Numbered from the stretch's first letter, positions 9,163 to 20,682 are shown. The stretch is DNA of 64,000 nt from Myxococcota bacterium (GCA_044344255.1 JBIJDH010000001.1:224001-288000), one strand, 5' to 3'. Translations and numbers: made by a program. The notes: generated by a model from the sequence alone, not told the origin.

Positions 9163-10280
9163 AGATCCCGATGGTCGACCTCGCCGCCCAGGTGGCCGAG
9201 CTCCAGCCCGCGCTCGACCTGGCCCTCTCGCGGGTGCTCCGCGGCGGCGCCTTCATCCTCGGCCCCGAGGTCCGCGCCTTCGAGATCGAGGCCGCCGCCT
9301 ACCTGGGGGTGGGCTTCACCACCGGCTGCGCGTCCGGGACCGACGCCCTCCACCTCGCCCTGCGCGCGGCGGGCGTGGGCCCGGGCGACGAGGTCATCAC
9401 CACCCCCTTCTCCTTCATCGCCACCGCCGAGGCCATCGTCTACACCGGCGCGCGGCCGGTCTTCGTCGACATCGACCCCGCCACCTTCAACATCACGACG
9501 GAGGCCGTGGCCGCCGCGCTCAGCCCGCGCACCCGGGCCATCCTGCCCGTCCACCTCTTCGGGCAGCCCGCCGACGCCCAGGCGATGCGCGATCTCGCCG
9601 ACCACCACGGCATCTTCCTCATCGAAGACGCCGCCCAGGCCTTCGGCGCCGAGCTCCACAGCCGCGCAGGGCCCGACGCTCCGGGCGCGCGAAAGGTGGG
9701 CAGCTTCGGTCACCTCGCCTGCTTCTCGCTGTACCCGAGCAAGAACCTCGGCGCCTTCGGAGACGGCGGGCTCGTGGCGACGAGTGACCCTGCCCTGCAC
9801 GCGCGGCTCCGCCTCTTCCGCGAGCACGGTCACGAGGGCGGCTACCGCCACACGGTCATCGGGTACAACAGCCGGCTGGACGAGCTCCAGGCCGCCGTCC
9901 TCCGCCTCAAGCTCCCGCGGCTCGACGGGTGGAACGAGCGCCGCCGACAGGCCGCCGCTCGGTACGACGCCGGGCTGCGCGCGCTCGGAGCGCCCCCGCC
10001 GCCCGTCGCGCCCGGGCGGCGCCACGTCTACCATCAGTACACACTTCGGAGCCGAGACCGGGATCGCTTGCGCGCGGCGCTGGCCGCGGAGGGCATCGCC
10101 TCGGCGGTCTACTACCCGATCCCGATCCACCGCCAGGCCTCCTTCGCCGCGCACGGCGACGGTTGTCACCTCCCCGAGGCCGAGCGGGCGGCGGCCGAGG
10201 TCCTCTCCCTCCCGATTCACCCCCACCTGGAGCCCGCCGACCAGGACCGGGTCATCGCCGCCCTGGCCGCGGCGCATTAG
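9159..10280 (+). CDS. DegT/DnrJ/EryC1/StrS PLP-dependent sugar aminotransferase
   Basis: SGTDAL, PVHLFGQ, EDAAQA, SLYPSKNLGAFGDGG, NSRLDELQAA. Confidence 0.95.
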   Translation: MKIPMVDLAAQVAELQPALDLALSRVLRGGAFILGPEVRAFEIEAAAYLGVGFTTGCASGTDALHLALRAAGVGPGDEVITTPFSFIATAEAIVYTGARPVFVDIDPATFNITTEAVAAALSPRTRAILPVHLFGQPADAQAMRDLADHHGIFLIEDAAQAFGAELHSRAGPDAPGARKVGSFGHLACFSLYPSKNLGAFGDGGLVATSDPALHARLRLFREHGHEGGYRHTVIGYNSRLDELQAAVLRLKLPRLDGWNERRRQAAARYDAGLRALGAPPPPVAPGRRHVYHQYTLRSRDRDRLRAALAAEGIASAVYYPIPIHRQASFAAHGDGCHLPEAERAAAEVLSLPIHPHLEPADQDRVIAALAAAH

Positions 10281-10300
10281 CCGCCGACCTTGGAGCCTCC

Positions 10301-11512
<1,212 letters not shown>

Positions 11513-11668
11513 GCCGCTTGGCGCGGCGCCCCGGGGTCGCGTCGACTGCGTGTCTTTCTCGGCAACTCGGAGGCGCCCCCCTCCAGGCCCCGGGCCTCCC
11601 GCGTTAGCGCCCCGCACCGCGCGAACAGCGCCTGCATCGCGCCTGACGCGCCCGCCCCCGGAGACTCC

Positions 11669-13276
11669 TTGCCCTTCCCCGCCTCCCATCCCGCCCTGCT
11701 CCGCGCCCTCACCGAGCGGGGCTATGCCGAGCCCACGCAGGTGCAGGCCGCCGTCCTCAACGTCGAGGCCGAAGGGCGCGATCTGCTCGTCTCTGCGCTC
11801 ACCGGCTCCGGCAAGACCGTCGCCTTCGGCCTCGTGCTGGCCCGTGAGCTGCTCGGCGAGACCCCCACCTTCGAGCGGGTGCCTGCGCCCCTCGCCCTCG
11901 TCGTCGCGCCCACCCGCGAGCTCGCCCTGCAGGTCCACCGCGAGCTCGAGTGGCTCTACGCCTTCACCGGGGCGCGGGTCGCCTCCTGCGTCGGCGGGAT
12001 GGACCCCGCCCGCGAGCGGCGCGCCCTGGCCCAGGGGGCCCACATCGTCGTCGGCACCCCGGGGCGCCTCCGCGATCACCTCGAGCGCGGAGCCCTCGAC
12101 CTCGGCGACATCAAGGCGGTCGTGCTCGACGAGGCCGACGAGATGCTCGACCTCGGCTTCCGCGAGGAGCTCGAGACCCTGCTCAAGGCCACGCCCCCCG
12201 ATCGCCGCACCCTGATGTTCTCGGCCACCGTGCCCGCCGGCATCCAGGAGCTCGCCGGCTCCTACCAGGTCGACGCGCTGCGCGTCTCCACCGACGCCGA
12301 GGCCGAGGCCCACCCCGACATCGAGTACCGCGCCGTCCTCGTCGCCCCGGCCGAGCGGGAGCACGCGGTCGTCAACATCCTCCGCTTCCTCGACCCCGGC
12401 AGCGCCCTCGTCTTCTGCATGACCCGCGAGGGGGTCTCCCACCTCCAGGCCAACCTCCAGGAGCGCGGCTTCCGCTGTGTGGCCCTCTCGGGCGAGCTCA
12501 GCCAGGCCGAGCGCAACCGGGCGCTCCAGGCCCTGCGCGACGGCCACGCCCAGGTCTGCGTCGCCACCGACGTCGCCGCCCGCGGCCTCGATCTGCGCGA
12601 CCTCGGCGTCGTCATCCACGCCGACATCCCGCGTGACGCCGCCACCCTGATGCACCGGAGCGGCCGCACGGGGCGCGCCGGGCGTAAGGGCGTAGCGGTG
12701 CTCATCGTGCCCTTCTTCCGCCGCCGCATCGCCGAGCGCCTCTGCTACGACGCGGGCGTGGAGCCCTTCTGGTCCCCGCCGCCCACCGCCGAGGCCGTCC
12801 GCGCGCTCGACCACGACCGCCTCGTGGCCAAGCTCAAGGAGCTCACCGCCGAGGTCGCCGAAGAGGACCGCGCGGTCGCCAAGTCCCTGCTCGAGACCGG
12901 TGAGGCCGAGGCCTACGTCGGCGCGCTGGTCGCCCGGCTGCGCGCCACCATGCCCTCCCCCGAGGAGATCGTCTCCAGCGTCGAGCGCCCCCGCCCGCGG
13001 GAGACGCCGCCGCCCCGCCCGGTGAGCCATCGCCGGGACGCCGAGCCCGTGTGGTTCCGCCTCAACGCGGGTCGCGCCCAGAACGCCGACCCCCGCTGGA
13101 TCGTGCCCCTGCTCTGCCGCCGTGGGCGCATCACCAAGCAGGACATCGGCAAGATCCTGATCTACGAGCGGGAGACCTGCTTCGCCATCCACGCCTCGGT
13201 GGCCTATGAGTTCGGGGAGTCGGCCTGCCGGCCGGACCGCGCCGATCCCCACCTCCGCATCCACCCCGTTCGTTAG
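11669..13276 (+). CDS. DEAD-box RNA helicase with C-terminal DbpA-type RNA-binding domain
   Basis: TGSGKT, PTRELA, GTPGR, DEAD, SAT, TDVAARGLD, HRSGRTGRAG; TTG start after GGAG. Confidence 0.95.
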   Translation: MPFPASHPALLRALTERGYAEPTQVQAAVLNVEAEGRDLLVSALTGSGKTVAFGLVLARELLGETPTFERVPAPLALVVAPTRELALQVHRELEWLYAFTGARVASCVGGMDPARERRALAQGAHIVVGTPGRLRDHLERGALDLGDIKAVVLDEADEMLDLGFREELETLLKATPPDRRTLMFSATVPAGIQELAGSYQVDALRVSTDAEAEAHPDIEYRAVLVAPAEREHAVVNILRFLDPGSALVFCMTREGVSHLQANLQERGFRCVALSGELSQAERNRALQALRDGHAQVCVATDVAARGLDLRDLGVVIHADIPRDAATLMHRSGRTGRAGRKGVAVLIVPFFRRRIAERLCYDAGVEPFWSPPPTAEAVRALDHDRLVAKLKELTAEVAEEDRAVAKSLLETGEAEAYVGALVARLRATMPSPEEIVSSVERPRPRETPPPRPVSHRRDAEPVWFRLNAGRAQNADPRWIVPLLCRRGRITKQDIGKILIYERETCFAIHASVAYEFGESACRPDRADPHLRIHPVR

Positions 13277-13315
13277 CCGGCTCGGGCCTCGCCGCCCCAC
13301 CCGCCTCGGAGCCCC

Positions 13316-13699
13316 ATGAACACCGAAGCCCTCTGGGCCCAGTTTCGCCGCCTCGTGCTCGGCACCGTGGTGGAGCTCTTCGTCGCGGAGAAGCTCCCGA
13401 TCGACGTCGGCACGCTGTCGATCCAATTCGACACCGACAGCCGCTTCGAGGTGCCCCGCTTCAACAACTACATGCGCTTCAAGGGCGAGGTGAAGGGGGC
13501 GCTCCTCCACCGGCCCGACGAGGCCGTGCTCCGCCGCCTCGAGGCCTCGCTGCGCCGCGTGTGGCCCGAGCTCCTCACGGTGGTCGACATCCCGATCGGC
13601 GACAAGCTCACCGTCGAGAACGCGCTGGTGAGCGTCAGCATCGACGACAGCACCGCGACCCCGATCCTCCGCCTCCGCTTCGACCTCTCCGCCGACTGA
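13316..13699 (+). CDS. Hypothetical protein (127 aa)
   Basis: GGAG RBS + ATG, host-like GC3 codon usage, no recognised motif. Confidence 0.75.
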   Translation: MNTEALWAQFRRLVLGTVVELFVAEKLPIDVGTLSIQFDTDSRFEVPRFNNYMRFKGEVKGALLHRPDEAVLRRLEASLRRVWPELLTVVDIPIGDKLTVENALVSVSIDDSTATPILRLRFDLSAD

Positions 13700-13713
13700 G
13701 CGCTCGGCCGGGC

Positions 13714-16098
13714 TCAGCGCGCGCTGGCGAGCGAGGAGAGGGCGCGAAAGCCCGCCCGCACATCCTCCTCCGTGCGCGGGCGGCCGTGACGCCGCAGGTC
13801 TCGGCTCCGGAGGGCCTCGAAGCGGGAGAGCACGAAGCAGAGCTCCGCCTCGTCGAGCCCGTAGAGGTGGAAGAAGGCGGCGTCGAGCTCCACCTGCAAG
13901 CGCCACCGCCGCTCGGCCTCCCAGCGGAAGGGCGGCCCGTCGTAGCCGAGGTCGTTCGCGAAGTGGCGGAGGGCCTCGCTCGTGTAGACGAGCTCGAGCA
14001 CGCGCGGGCGCAGCCACTCCGCCACCGACTCGCCCGGAGACCAGGGGCAGGGCCCGAGGTAGGCGCTCGGCGGCAGCACGGGGAGCTGGCGGAGCACAAA
14101 GAGCTTGAGGCTCGTCGCGCCCACCTTCTGGCGCACGAAATAATCCAAGATCAACGACGACAGGTTGGCGACCAGCGCCCACACGGGCCCCTCGCTCGGG
14201 AGCAGCACGGGCAGCTTGTCGTTGACCGCCGCCCGCGGGAAGACGGCGGCGATGAGGGTGCGGGAGTCCGTGGCCCGGCAGACGTCCCGCCAGCCGAGCA
14301 GCCAGCCGCGCGCCCAGCGCCCCGACAGGCGGCGCTCCACGTCGGCCTCGGCCACCCAGTAGCGCGGCAGCACGACATGGTGCGGGTCCTGGCGCTCGGC
14401 TTCGCTCGGCGAGGGCAACGTGCTCCCCTGCGCGCCGGCGAAGGAGCCCGAGCGGTGGTCGAAGAGGTGCACCATCTTCGCCTCGATCAACGGCAGGTAG
14501 CGACCCGCCCCCTCGGGCCCCGCCACGAAGCGGTCCCCCTGCAGCGCCCACCCCCGCTCCCGGAGCTCGACGGCGGTGGAGAAGCGGTGTGCGTCGTTGG
14601 CCATGTGGAACATGGAGAGGGTGCGGATGCCCCAGGGCCCCCCCGCTGCATTCGATTCGTCCGACGTACGTAACAATATACCGTAACGCCGATAAATTCG
14701 GATCGACAGCTCCGCGTCAGCTTGTGACCGGAGGATGCTGAGCGTGCCGGTGTTGGGGTTCATCTCCCCGAGCGCGCCGAGGGGGAGGCGGACCCGCACC
14801 GAGGGGTCCCACAGCCCCTGGAGGTCGCGGAGGAAGAAGGCCATCTCCACGGGGGCCTCTCCGCCCCGACGGTCCAGGCTGAGCAAGCAGAAGCGGAAGC
14901 TCCGGTGCACCGCCGGGAAGAAGGGGGCGTGGTTCTCGAGGTCAAAGAAGGCGCGGAGCTCTCCGCGACGCACGAGCCCGGCGAAGAGGGGCCGGGTGGT
15001 CTCATCGGTGGCGATGCCCGAAGGGAGGATCCAGCCGGCCCGACCGCCGGGGTGGAGCAGCGCCTGGCCGAGCTCGGTGAAGAGGGGGTAGCCGTTCGGG
15101 TCGCCGCGGCCAGACAGGGGGTACCGCCCGGAGCGCAATACGAACTGGACCTCGGCCTGGGCGAGGGCCTGGGCCCGCCGCCAGCGCGCCGCCAGCGCGG
15201 GAGCCTCCACGTCCAGGGCCCGGATGGCCGCCGCCCTCGCGGCGGCGTGCGGCGACAGGGCCACCGCCGGGGCCCGCAGCGCGAACCACTCCTGCTCTTG
15301 GAGCTTGAGCCGCTCCCAAGGCGGGTTGCCGATCACCAGATCGAAGCCACCGGCCGCTGACACCACCGGGAAGCGCGACCACCAGTGGATCGGCGGCGCC
15401 GACAGCTCACCGAGCGGGACCCGAAGCCGGCTCGCGCACCACCGATCGGCGTCCCCCGCCTCCACCCCATGCGGCGCCCCGATCAGGGCATCTCCCCAGG
15501 CGATGTGCGCCTCCAGCGCAAGAGCGGAGCCCCCAAGCCCCCGCAGCGAAGCCCTACAGAGGGCGACCGCGACGGGATCCCGATCGACCCCGAACAGGGC
15601 GGTGGAGGCCACCGCGGCGAGGTTGTCCACCTCCGCCCCCGGCAGCCGTCGCGCCACGCGTCGCGCCGCCGCCACCAGGAAGGCCCCGGCGCCACATGAT
15701 GGATCAACAAGGTGTAACGCTCGTAACCCAGACTCATCCAAGGAGTCGAGAAGCGGCTCCAGCACGAGGTCGAGCAGGGCCTCCACCAGCGCCGGCGGGG
15801 TGTAGAAGGCCCCCGCCCGCTTACGCGCCGAGCCCCGCGGCGAGACCCGCGTCCAGCCCCCCGTCAGCGGGTCCCAGGCCAGCCCCTCCCCAAGGAGCCG
15901 CCCGTAGGCCAGCGCGAGCCTCGGCAGTTCGCCCGACAGGTCGGCGCCCTCGGTGACCTCCAGTCGAGCCAGGAGCGCTCGCTGGAGGAGGCGGCCATGG
16001 AGCTCGACCGGGTCGACCTCCGGCCCATGCCCCTCGGCCGCCGCCGACCCGAGGACCGCGGCGCCGAGCTCCGCGACGAGGGCGTCCCCCTCGCTCAC
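13714..16098 (-). CDS. N6-adenine DNA methyltransferase of Eco57I/type IIG-like architecture, lacking a long N-terminal region
   Basis: RKRAGAFYTP, DPSCGAGAFL (motif I), FGVD, GNPPW (motif IV), TRD-like C-terminal half; GTG start overlaps argS stop (GTGA). Confidence 0.88.
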   Translation of the reverse strand: MSEGDALVAELGAAVLGSAAAEGHGPEVDPVELHGRLLQRALLARLEVTEGADLSGELPRLALAYGRLLGEGLAWDPLTGGWTRVSPRGSARKRAGAFYTPPALVEALLDLVLEPLLDSLDESGLRALHLVDPSCGAGAFLVAAARRVARRLPGAEVDNLAAVASTALFGVDRDPVAVALCRASLRGLGGSALALEAHIAWGDALIGAPHGVEAGDADRWCASRLRVPLGELSAPPIHWWSRFPVVSAAGGFDLVIGNPPWERLKLQEQEWFALRAPAVALSPHAAARAAAIRALDVEAPALAARWRRAQALAQAEVQFVLRSGRYPLSGRGDPNGYPLFTELGQALLHPGGRAGWILPSGIATDETTRPLFAGLVRRGELRAFFDLENHAPFFPAVHRSFRFCLLSLDRRGGEAPVEMAFFLRDLQGLWDPSVRVRLPLGALGEMNPNTGTLSILRSQADAELSIRIYRRYGILLRTSDESNAAGGPWGIRTLSMFHMANDAHRFSTAVELRERGWALQGDRFVAGPEGAGRYLPLIEAKMVHLFDHRSGSFAGAQGSTLPSPSEAERQDPHHVVLPRYWVAEADVERRLSGRWARGWLLGWRDVCRATDSRTLIAAVFPRAAVNDKLPVLLPSEGPVWALVANLSSLILDYFVRQKVGATSLKLFVLRQLPVLPPSAYLGPCPWSPGESVAEWLRPRVLELVYTSEALRHFANDLGYDGPPFRWEAERRWRLQVELDAAFFHLYGLDEAELCFVLSRFEALRSRDLRRHGRPRTEEDVRAGFRALSSLASAR

Positions 16099-17900
16099 AT
16101 CTCGGTCAGCGTGGCCACGCCGAGCAGGTCGAGCCCGGCGCCGAGCACGCGCCGGGTGGCCATCACGAGGGCCAGCCGGGCCGCCCCGGTCCCGGGGGCC
16201 GCGCCGATCACCCGACCCTCCGGGGCCGCGTAGAAGCTGGCGAAGCTCTTCGAGAGCTCGTACACCGCGCGGGCCAGCATGCTGGGGTCGAGGTCGGTCG
16301 CGCCCTTTCGAACGAGGCTCGGGAAGTTGAGCAGCGCGGCGATGAGGCGCCGGGCGTGCGGCTCGTCGAGGGAGCCCCAGTCCGGCGACACGCCCGCCAG
16401 GCTGTCTCCCGCCTTCTCGATGATGTTCTCGGCGCGGGCCCAGGCGTACTGGCAATAGGGGCCCGTGTCTCCCTCGAAGGAGATGCTCGTCTCCTTCTCG
16501 AAGACGAAGGTCCGCTCGGGGCTGAAGCGCATCAGGTAATACTTGAGTCCGGCGAGGCCGATCTTCTCGGCCCGGTCGGCCTGCTCGGCAGCCGGCACCG
16601 CCGCCCAGCGGACCTCCTGGTTCTGGGCGAGCACGGCGTCCCGCAGCTCGTCCATGAGGTCATCGGCGTCGACCACCGTGCCCTCGCGGGACTTCATGCG
16701 GCCGGTCGGTAGCTCGACCATCCCATAGCTGCGGTGAACGAGCTGTCCCTTCAAGTGCGGCCGCAGCTCGCCGATGATCCCGAACAGCACACGAAAGTAG
16801 TGCTCCTGCTCGTTGCCGACGACGTAGACCATCCGTGTGGGGTGGACGGACTCGTCGCGGGAGAGCGCGGTGCCGAGGTCTTGCGTGATGTAGAGCGCGG
16901 TGCCGTCCGCGCGCAGCACGGCCTTCTCGCCCTCGAGGCCGATACGGCGGAGGTCGAAGACCACCGCGCCGTTCTCGGCCCGCCCGAAGACCCCGCGCTC
17001 GAGCCCCTCGGCCACGAGGGCGCGGCCCTTCTGCCAGATCTCGCTCTCTCGCTGGATGTGGTCGAAGCGGATCCCCATGCGGGCGTAGGTCTCGAAGAAG
17101 CCGACCTCGACCCACCCGTTCATCATCCGCCAGAGGCTGAGCACGGCCTCGTCACCGCGCTCCCAGGCGACGAGCATCTCCGCCGCCTCACGGCCGAGGC
17201 CGCTCCCCTGGTTGAACCAGACCTCCACCTCGGGGCCGCCGCCCGCCGGGAAGGCCGCGGCGTACTCGGCGCGCAGGGCCTGGTCAAAGGCGACGTAGAG
17301 GTCGCCCACGAAGTGGTCGCCCTTCTGGCCCTTGGAGGCCGGGGTGGCGCCCTCAGCGAAACGACGCCAGGCGACCATCGACTTGCAGATGTGAATCCCA
17401 CGGTCGTTGATCAGGTTGAAACGACTGACCTCGGCGCCGGCCGCGGTGAGGAGGTTGGCGGTCACCTGGCCGAGCACGTTGTTTCGGCAGTGGCCGAGGT
17501 GCTGCGGCTTGTTGGTGTTGGGCGAGCTGTACTCGATGAGCACGCGCTGGCCCGCCAGGGCCTGGGAGCGCCCGAGGGCGCCGTCGTCGGAGAGGGCCCA
17601 GCGCACCGTCCGCTCCGCCAGAGCCGCGGGCGAGAAGGTGAGGTTGAGGAAGCCGCTCTTGACCTCCGCCGCGGAAACAAGCGGGTGCTGGCGGGCCACC
17701 TCGGCGAGCATCGTGGCGATGGCGTCGGGGGCCTTCCGCAGCGCCTTGGCGTAGCGGTGGGTGGAGAGCGAGAGGTCTCCCGCGCCCGCGAGCGTGGGCG
17801 GAGCGAGCTGCGGCGGCTCGACGGCCCCGGCGACGCGCAAGGCCTCGCCGAGCAAGGCGCCCACCTCTTCGGTCAGGCTGGCGAGCAGATCAAGAGACAT
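16095..17900 (-). CDS. argS: Arginine--tRNA ligase
   Basis: EYSSPNTNKPQHLGH (HIGH variant), NDRGIHICK, LYITQDLG, MKSREG, GDTGPYCQY, C-terminal TLTEM. Confidence 0.97.
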   Translation of the reverse strand: MSLDLLASLTEEVGALLGEALRVAGAVEPPQLAPPTLAGAGDLSLSTHRYAKALRKAPDAIATMLAEVARQHPLVSAAEVKSGFLNLTFSPAALAERTVRWALSDDGALGRSQALAGQRVLIEYSSPNTNKPQHLGHCRNNVLGQVTANLLTAAGAEVSRFNLINDRGIHICKSMVAWRRFAEGATPASKGQKGDHFVGDLYVAFDQALRAEYAAAFPAGGGPEVEVWFNQGSGLGREAAEMLVAWERGDEAVLSLWRMMNGWVEVGFFETYARMGIRFDHIQRESEIWQKGRALVAEGLERGVFGRAENGAVVFDLRRIGLEGEKAVLRADGTALYITQDLGTALSRDESVHPTRMVYVVGNEQEHYFRVLFGIIGELRPHLKGQLVHRSYGMVELPTGRMKSREGTVVDADDLMDELRDAVLAQNQEVRWAAVPAAEQADRAEKIGLAGLKYYLMRFSPERTFVFEKETSISFEGDTGPYCQYAWARAENIIEKAGDSLAGVSPDWGSLDEPHARRLIAALLNFPSLVRKGATDLDPSMLARAVYELSKSFASFYAAPEGRVIGAAPGTGAARLALVMATRRVLGAGLDLLGVATLTEM

Positions 17901-17922
17901 GACAATCCACAGACATGCACAC

Positions 17923-18705
17923 CTACTTGACCTCGAAGGGCCAGGCTTCGCGGAGCTCACGGGGGGTGTTCTCGAGGGCGTTGACGTCCGCGCTCGTGAT
18001 CAGGCCCTGGGTGTTGAAGGCATAGACACCCGGCTTGAGCTTCTCTTTGGGGGAGATGAGGTAGTCATCTTTGCTCGGGAGCCCCTCGATCGTGAAGGGG
18101 ATGGACTCCACGCCGGTCCAGAGGTTGACCTTCACCTCCTCCTCACCGAGCAACCCCGGCACCTTGGTGCTGGCCACGAACTCGATGCGGTGGAGCTGGA
18201 GATCGATCCGCGACAGCTCGCTCGACCGCAGCTTGGAGCTGAAGACGAAGCGGCTCGTGAAGTCGTGCGAGATCACGCCGTGACCGACGTCGGCGAGGCC
18301 GGTGTAGGCCCGGAGCGCGGTGCCGAAGGTGGTGAGGTTCTGGGGCTCGATCTTCTGGTAGGCGCTGGCGCCGACCGAGTAGAAGCCCGTCTCCGACGGC
18401 TCGGGGTAGAGCAGGAAGTCGGCGCGGAGGGGGGCCTCGGCCTCCTCCTTCACGTCCAACGACACCATCCCCTTGATGTAGCCGTCCTTCCCCGCCATCA
18501 AGCGGTGGGGGCCGACCGGCACCTCGATGAGGAAGGCGCCCTGACCGTCCGTGTGCGGCTGCTCCTGGAGGCCCTCGATCTGGACCGACGCGCCCTCGAT
18601 GGGCTTGCCCCAGATGTCCTTCACCGTGCCGGAGACCTCGGGGGCACCCCCGCAGGCCACGAGAAAGAGAGCCACGGAAGCGTAGAAATGACGACAGGCG
18701 CTCAT
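17923..18705 (-). CDS. Lipoprotein with carboxypeptidase-regulatory-like domain
   Basis: Lipobox LVAC; VSGTVKD..GKPIEGASV..TDGQGAF. Confidence 0.75.
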   Translation of the reverse strand: MSACRHFYASVALFLVACGGAPEVSGTVKDIWGKPIEGASVQIEGLQEQPHTDGQGAFLIEVPVGPHRLMAGKDGYIKGMVSLDVKEEAEAPLRADFLLYPEPSETGFYSVGASAYQKIEPQNLTTFGTALRAYTGLADVGHGVISHDFTSRFVFSSKLRSSELSRIDLQLHRIEFVASTKVPGLLGEEEVKVNLWTGVESIPFTIEGLPSKDDYLISPKEKLKPGVYAFNTQGLITSADVNALENTPRELREAWPFEVK

Positions 18706-18838
18706 CGATGATGCTCCATGGGGGTGCTCTGGCCAGGGGAACCGGCCTGCGGTGGCCCGGTTGGGCGGGCCCATTATCCCGGATCTGAGCGCCGGTCGGC
18801 CAGCCCGCGAGGCGTTCCCCACATCGGTCGTGGGGTGA

Positions 18839-19423
18839 TCACCCCCCGCGGGCGATCAGCGCCCCTCGGAGCAGCCCGAGGTCGAGGCTGCCCGCCCGCA
18901 CGAGGCGATCGACGAGCGCCCTCCCCCCTTCGGCCAGCTCGAGCAAGCGGCGCACGCGGGTGAGCAGGAAGCGGCCTTCGAGCATCTGATCCGGCACGGA
19001 GGAGCCGCTATCTTCGAGCAGGCGGACGGCCTCCCGGAGGCGACCGATCGACTCGTCGATCAGCCGCAGCTCCCGCTCGCGGAACACGCGGGTGATGAGG
19101 GAGACGATGTCGGTCTCGGCCTCGAAGTGGCGCTTCCGCTCGCCCGGAGACCAGGCTCGCCGCACCACCCCCCACTGGAGCAGCTCGGTGACCGTCATGC
19201 TGACCGCGCCCGCGGAGAGCCCGGTTCGGAGCTCGATCTGCTCGGCGGTCAGCGCGTCGCGGGAGAGGTAGAGCACCGCCCAGACCCGCCCCATCGAGGG
19301 CTTGAAGTTCCAAAAGCCCATGAGGTCGCCGATGGTGTCGGCCACGAGCAGGATCGCCCGATCGTGGGGCGAGGCAGATGGGCCGCCCGCGGCGGCGTCA
19401 GGGGGAGGCGGTGGGTGGAGCAT
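18839..19423 (-). CDS. GbsR/MarR-family transcriptional regulator
   Basis: FWNFKPSMGRVWAVLYLS, LSAGAVSMTVTELLQWGVV wHTH, RKRHFEAE. Confidence 0.85.
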   Translation of the reverse strand: MLHPPPPPDAAAGGPSASPHDRAILLVADTIGDLMGFWNFKPSMGRVWAVLYLSRDALTAEQIELRTGLSAGAVSMTVTELLQWGVVRRAWSPGERKRHFEAETDIVSLITRVFRERELRLIDESIGRLREAVRLLEDSGSSVPDQMLEGRFLLTRVRRLLELAEGGRALVDRLVRAGSLDLGLLRGALIARGG

Positions 19424-19522
19424 GGCGCGGCCCTTGGTGAGAGCGAAGCGGTGGTTCGTGGAGGAGTCCGCCAAGGCTGCGAATTCTCGACGAGCCAACC
19501 CTTGCCCGACACCTGTTTTGCC

Positions 19523-19563
19523 TATAACTTGAACTCCTCATTCATTTCAATCCACATTGAAAT
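19523..19563 (+). promoter_or_regulatory. -10-like TATAAC (19523-19528) followed by perfect inverted repeat ATTTCAAT-CCAC-ATTGAAAT (19544-19563); candidate operator
   Basis: Read directly in the AT-rich intergenic stretch between the divergent regulator and menaquinone operon. Confidence 0.7.
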
Positions 19564-19656
19564 TCATGAAGCCAACCGGCGCCGGCGCACCCTCCCAGCC
19601 AGGGCGCGCGCGGGGCCCAGGCGCGCCGCGAGAGCCCTGAAGGGCGTGAGGAAGCC

Positions 19657-20682
19657 ATGGACATGCAGGCCGTCAGGCACCGACCCACCGGGCTCCACGC
19701 CGGGGCGCCGCTCAGCCGGATCTCCCCCCTCGCCCGCAGCTTCGAGCTCGTGGGCCCCGAGATGGCCGAGGTGGAGCACGAGCTCCACCGCCTGCTCGCC
19801 TCCAACGTGCCCGCGGTGCCCGCCATCGGCGGCTACCTCGTGGACGCGGGCGGCAAGCGCCTCCGCCCCCTCCTCACCGGCCTCGCCGCGCGGGCGGCGG
19901 GCCATGACGGCCCGATCACGCGCCTGATGTGTGTGGGCGAGCTCATGCACCTCGGCTCCCTGCTCCACGACGACGTCGTCGACGACGGCCAGGAGCGCCG
20001 TGGCCGCCCTACCGCCCAGCGGGTCTACGGCAACCCGGGCGTGATCCTCACCGGCGACTTCTGCCTCGCCCGCTCGATCTGGCTCGCCGCCGACGAGGGC
20101 GGCTTCCGCGCCGTGGGGGAGCTCGGCCGCACCGCCACCTTGATGGCCGAGGGCGAGGTGCTCCAGCTCCAGAACGCCGGCAACCTCGACCTCGATCTCC
20201 CCACCTACCTCGACATCCTCGACCGCAAGTCCGCCGCCTTGATCGCCTGGTGCGCCGCCGCCGGGGCCTGGTCGCTCGGCCAGGACACGGTCGCAGACGG
20301 CCTCTACCGCTTCGGGCGCGCCATCGGCGTCGCCTTCCAGATCACCGACGACGTGCTCGACTATGTGGGCGACATGCGGGTGACCGGCAAGCGCCGCGGG
20401 CAAGACCTCTCCGAGGGCAAGGTCACGCTGCCCCTCGTGCTCGCGATGGAGCGGGTGCCAGAGCTCCGTCGCCGCTTGAAGAACGGCCCCCCCTCGCCGG
20501 AGCGGATCCCCGCCCTCGTCGAGGAGGTGCGCCAGAGCGGCGCCGCCGACGACGCCCTCGAGGACGCCCGCCAGCGGGTGCAGGCCGGCATCACCGCGCT
20601 CGACGACGCCGGGCTCCCCGACACCCCCTGGAAGGAGGCCCTCGTGGGCCTGGCCCACCACCTCGTCGAGCGGGTGAGCTGA
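19657..20682 (+). CDS. Polyprenyl diphosphate synthase
   Basis: GGKRLRP, LLHDDVVD (FARM), RRG, FQITDDVLD (SARM), EGKVTLP. Confidence 0.95.
   Translation: MDMQAVRHRPTGLHAGAPLSRISPLARSFELVGPEMAEVEHELHRLLASNVPAVPAIGGYLVDAGGKRLRPLLTGLAARAAGHDGPITRLMCVGELMHLGSLLHDDVVDDGQERRGRPTAQRVYGNPGVILTGDFCLARSIWLAADEGGFRAVGELGRTATLMAEGEVLQLQNAGNLDLDLPTYLDILDRKSAALIAWCAAAGAWSLGQDTVADGLYRFGRAIGVAFQITDDVLDYVGDMRVTGKRRGQDLSEGKVTLPLVLAMERVPELRRRLKNGPPSPERIPALVEEVRQSGAADDALEDARQRVQAGITALDDAGLPDTPWKEALVGLAHHLVERVS

Noticed and set aside
11669..16098. Helicase + methyltransferase as a DISARM/BREX-like system
   Set aside because: The helicase is an ordinary DEAD-box RNA helicase on the opposite strand, and no other components of such systems are present
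16099..16455. N-terminal extension of the methyltransferase ORF to 913 aa
   Set aside because: Overlaps the argS 3' end in another frame and is Arg/Pro/Gly noise; the GTGA-coupled start at 16098 is preferred
19502..19528. TTGCCC...TATAAC as a complete sigma70 promoter
   Set aside because: The spacer is only 15 nt, so only the -10-like element was retained
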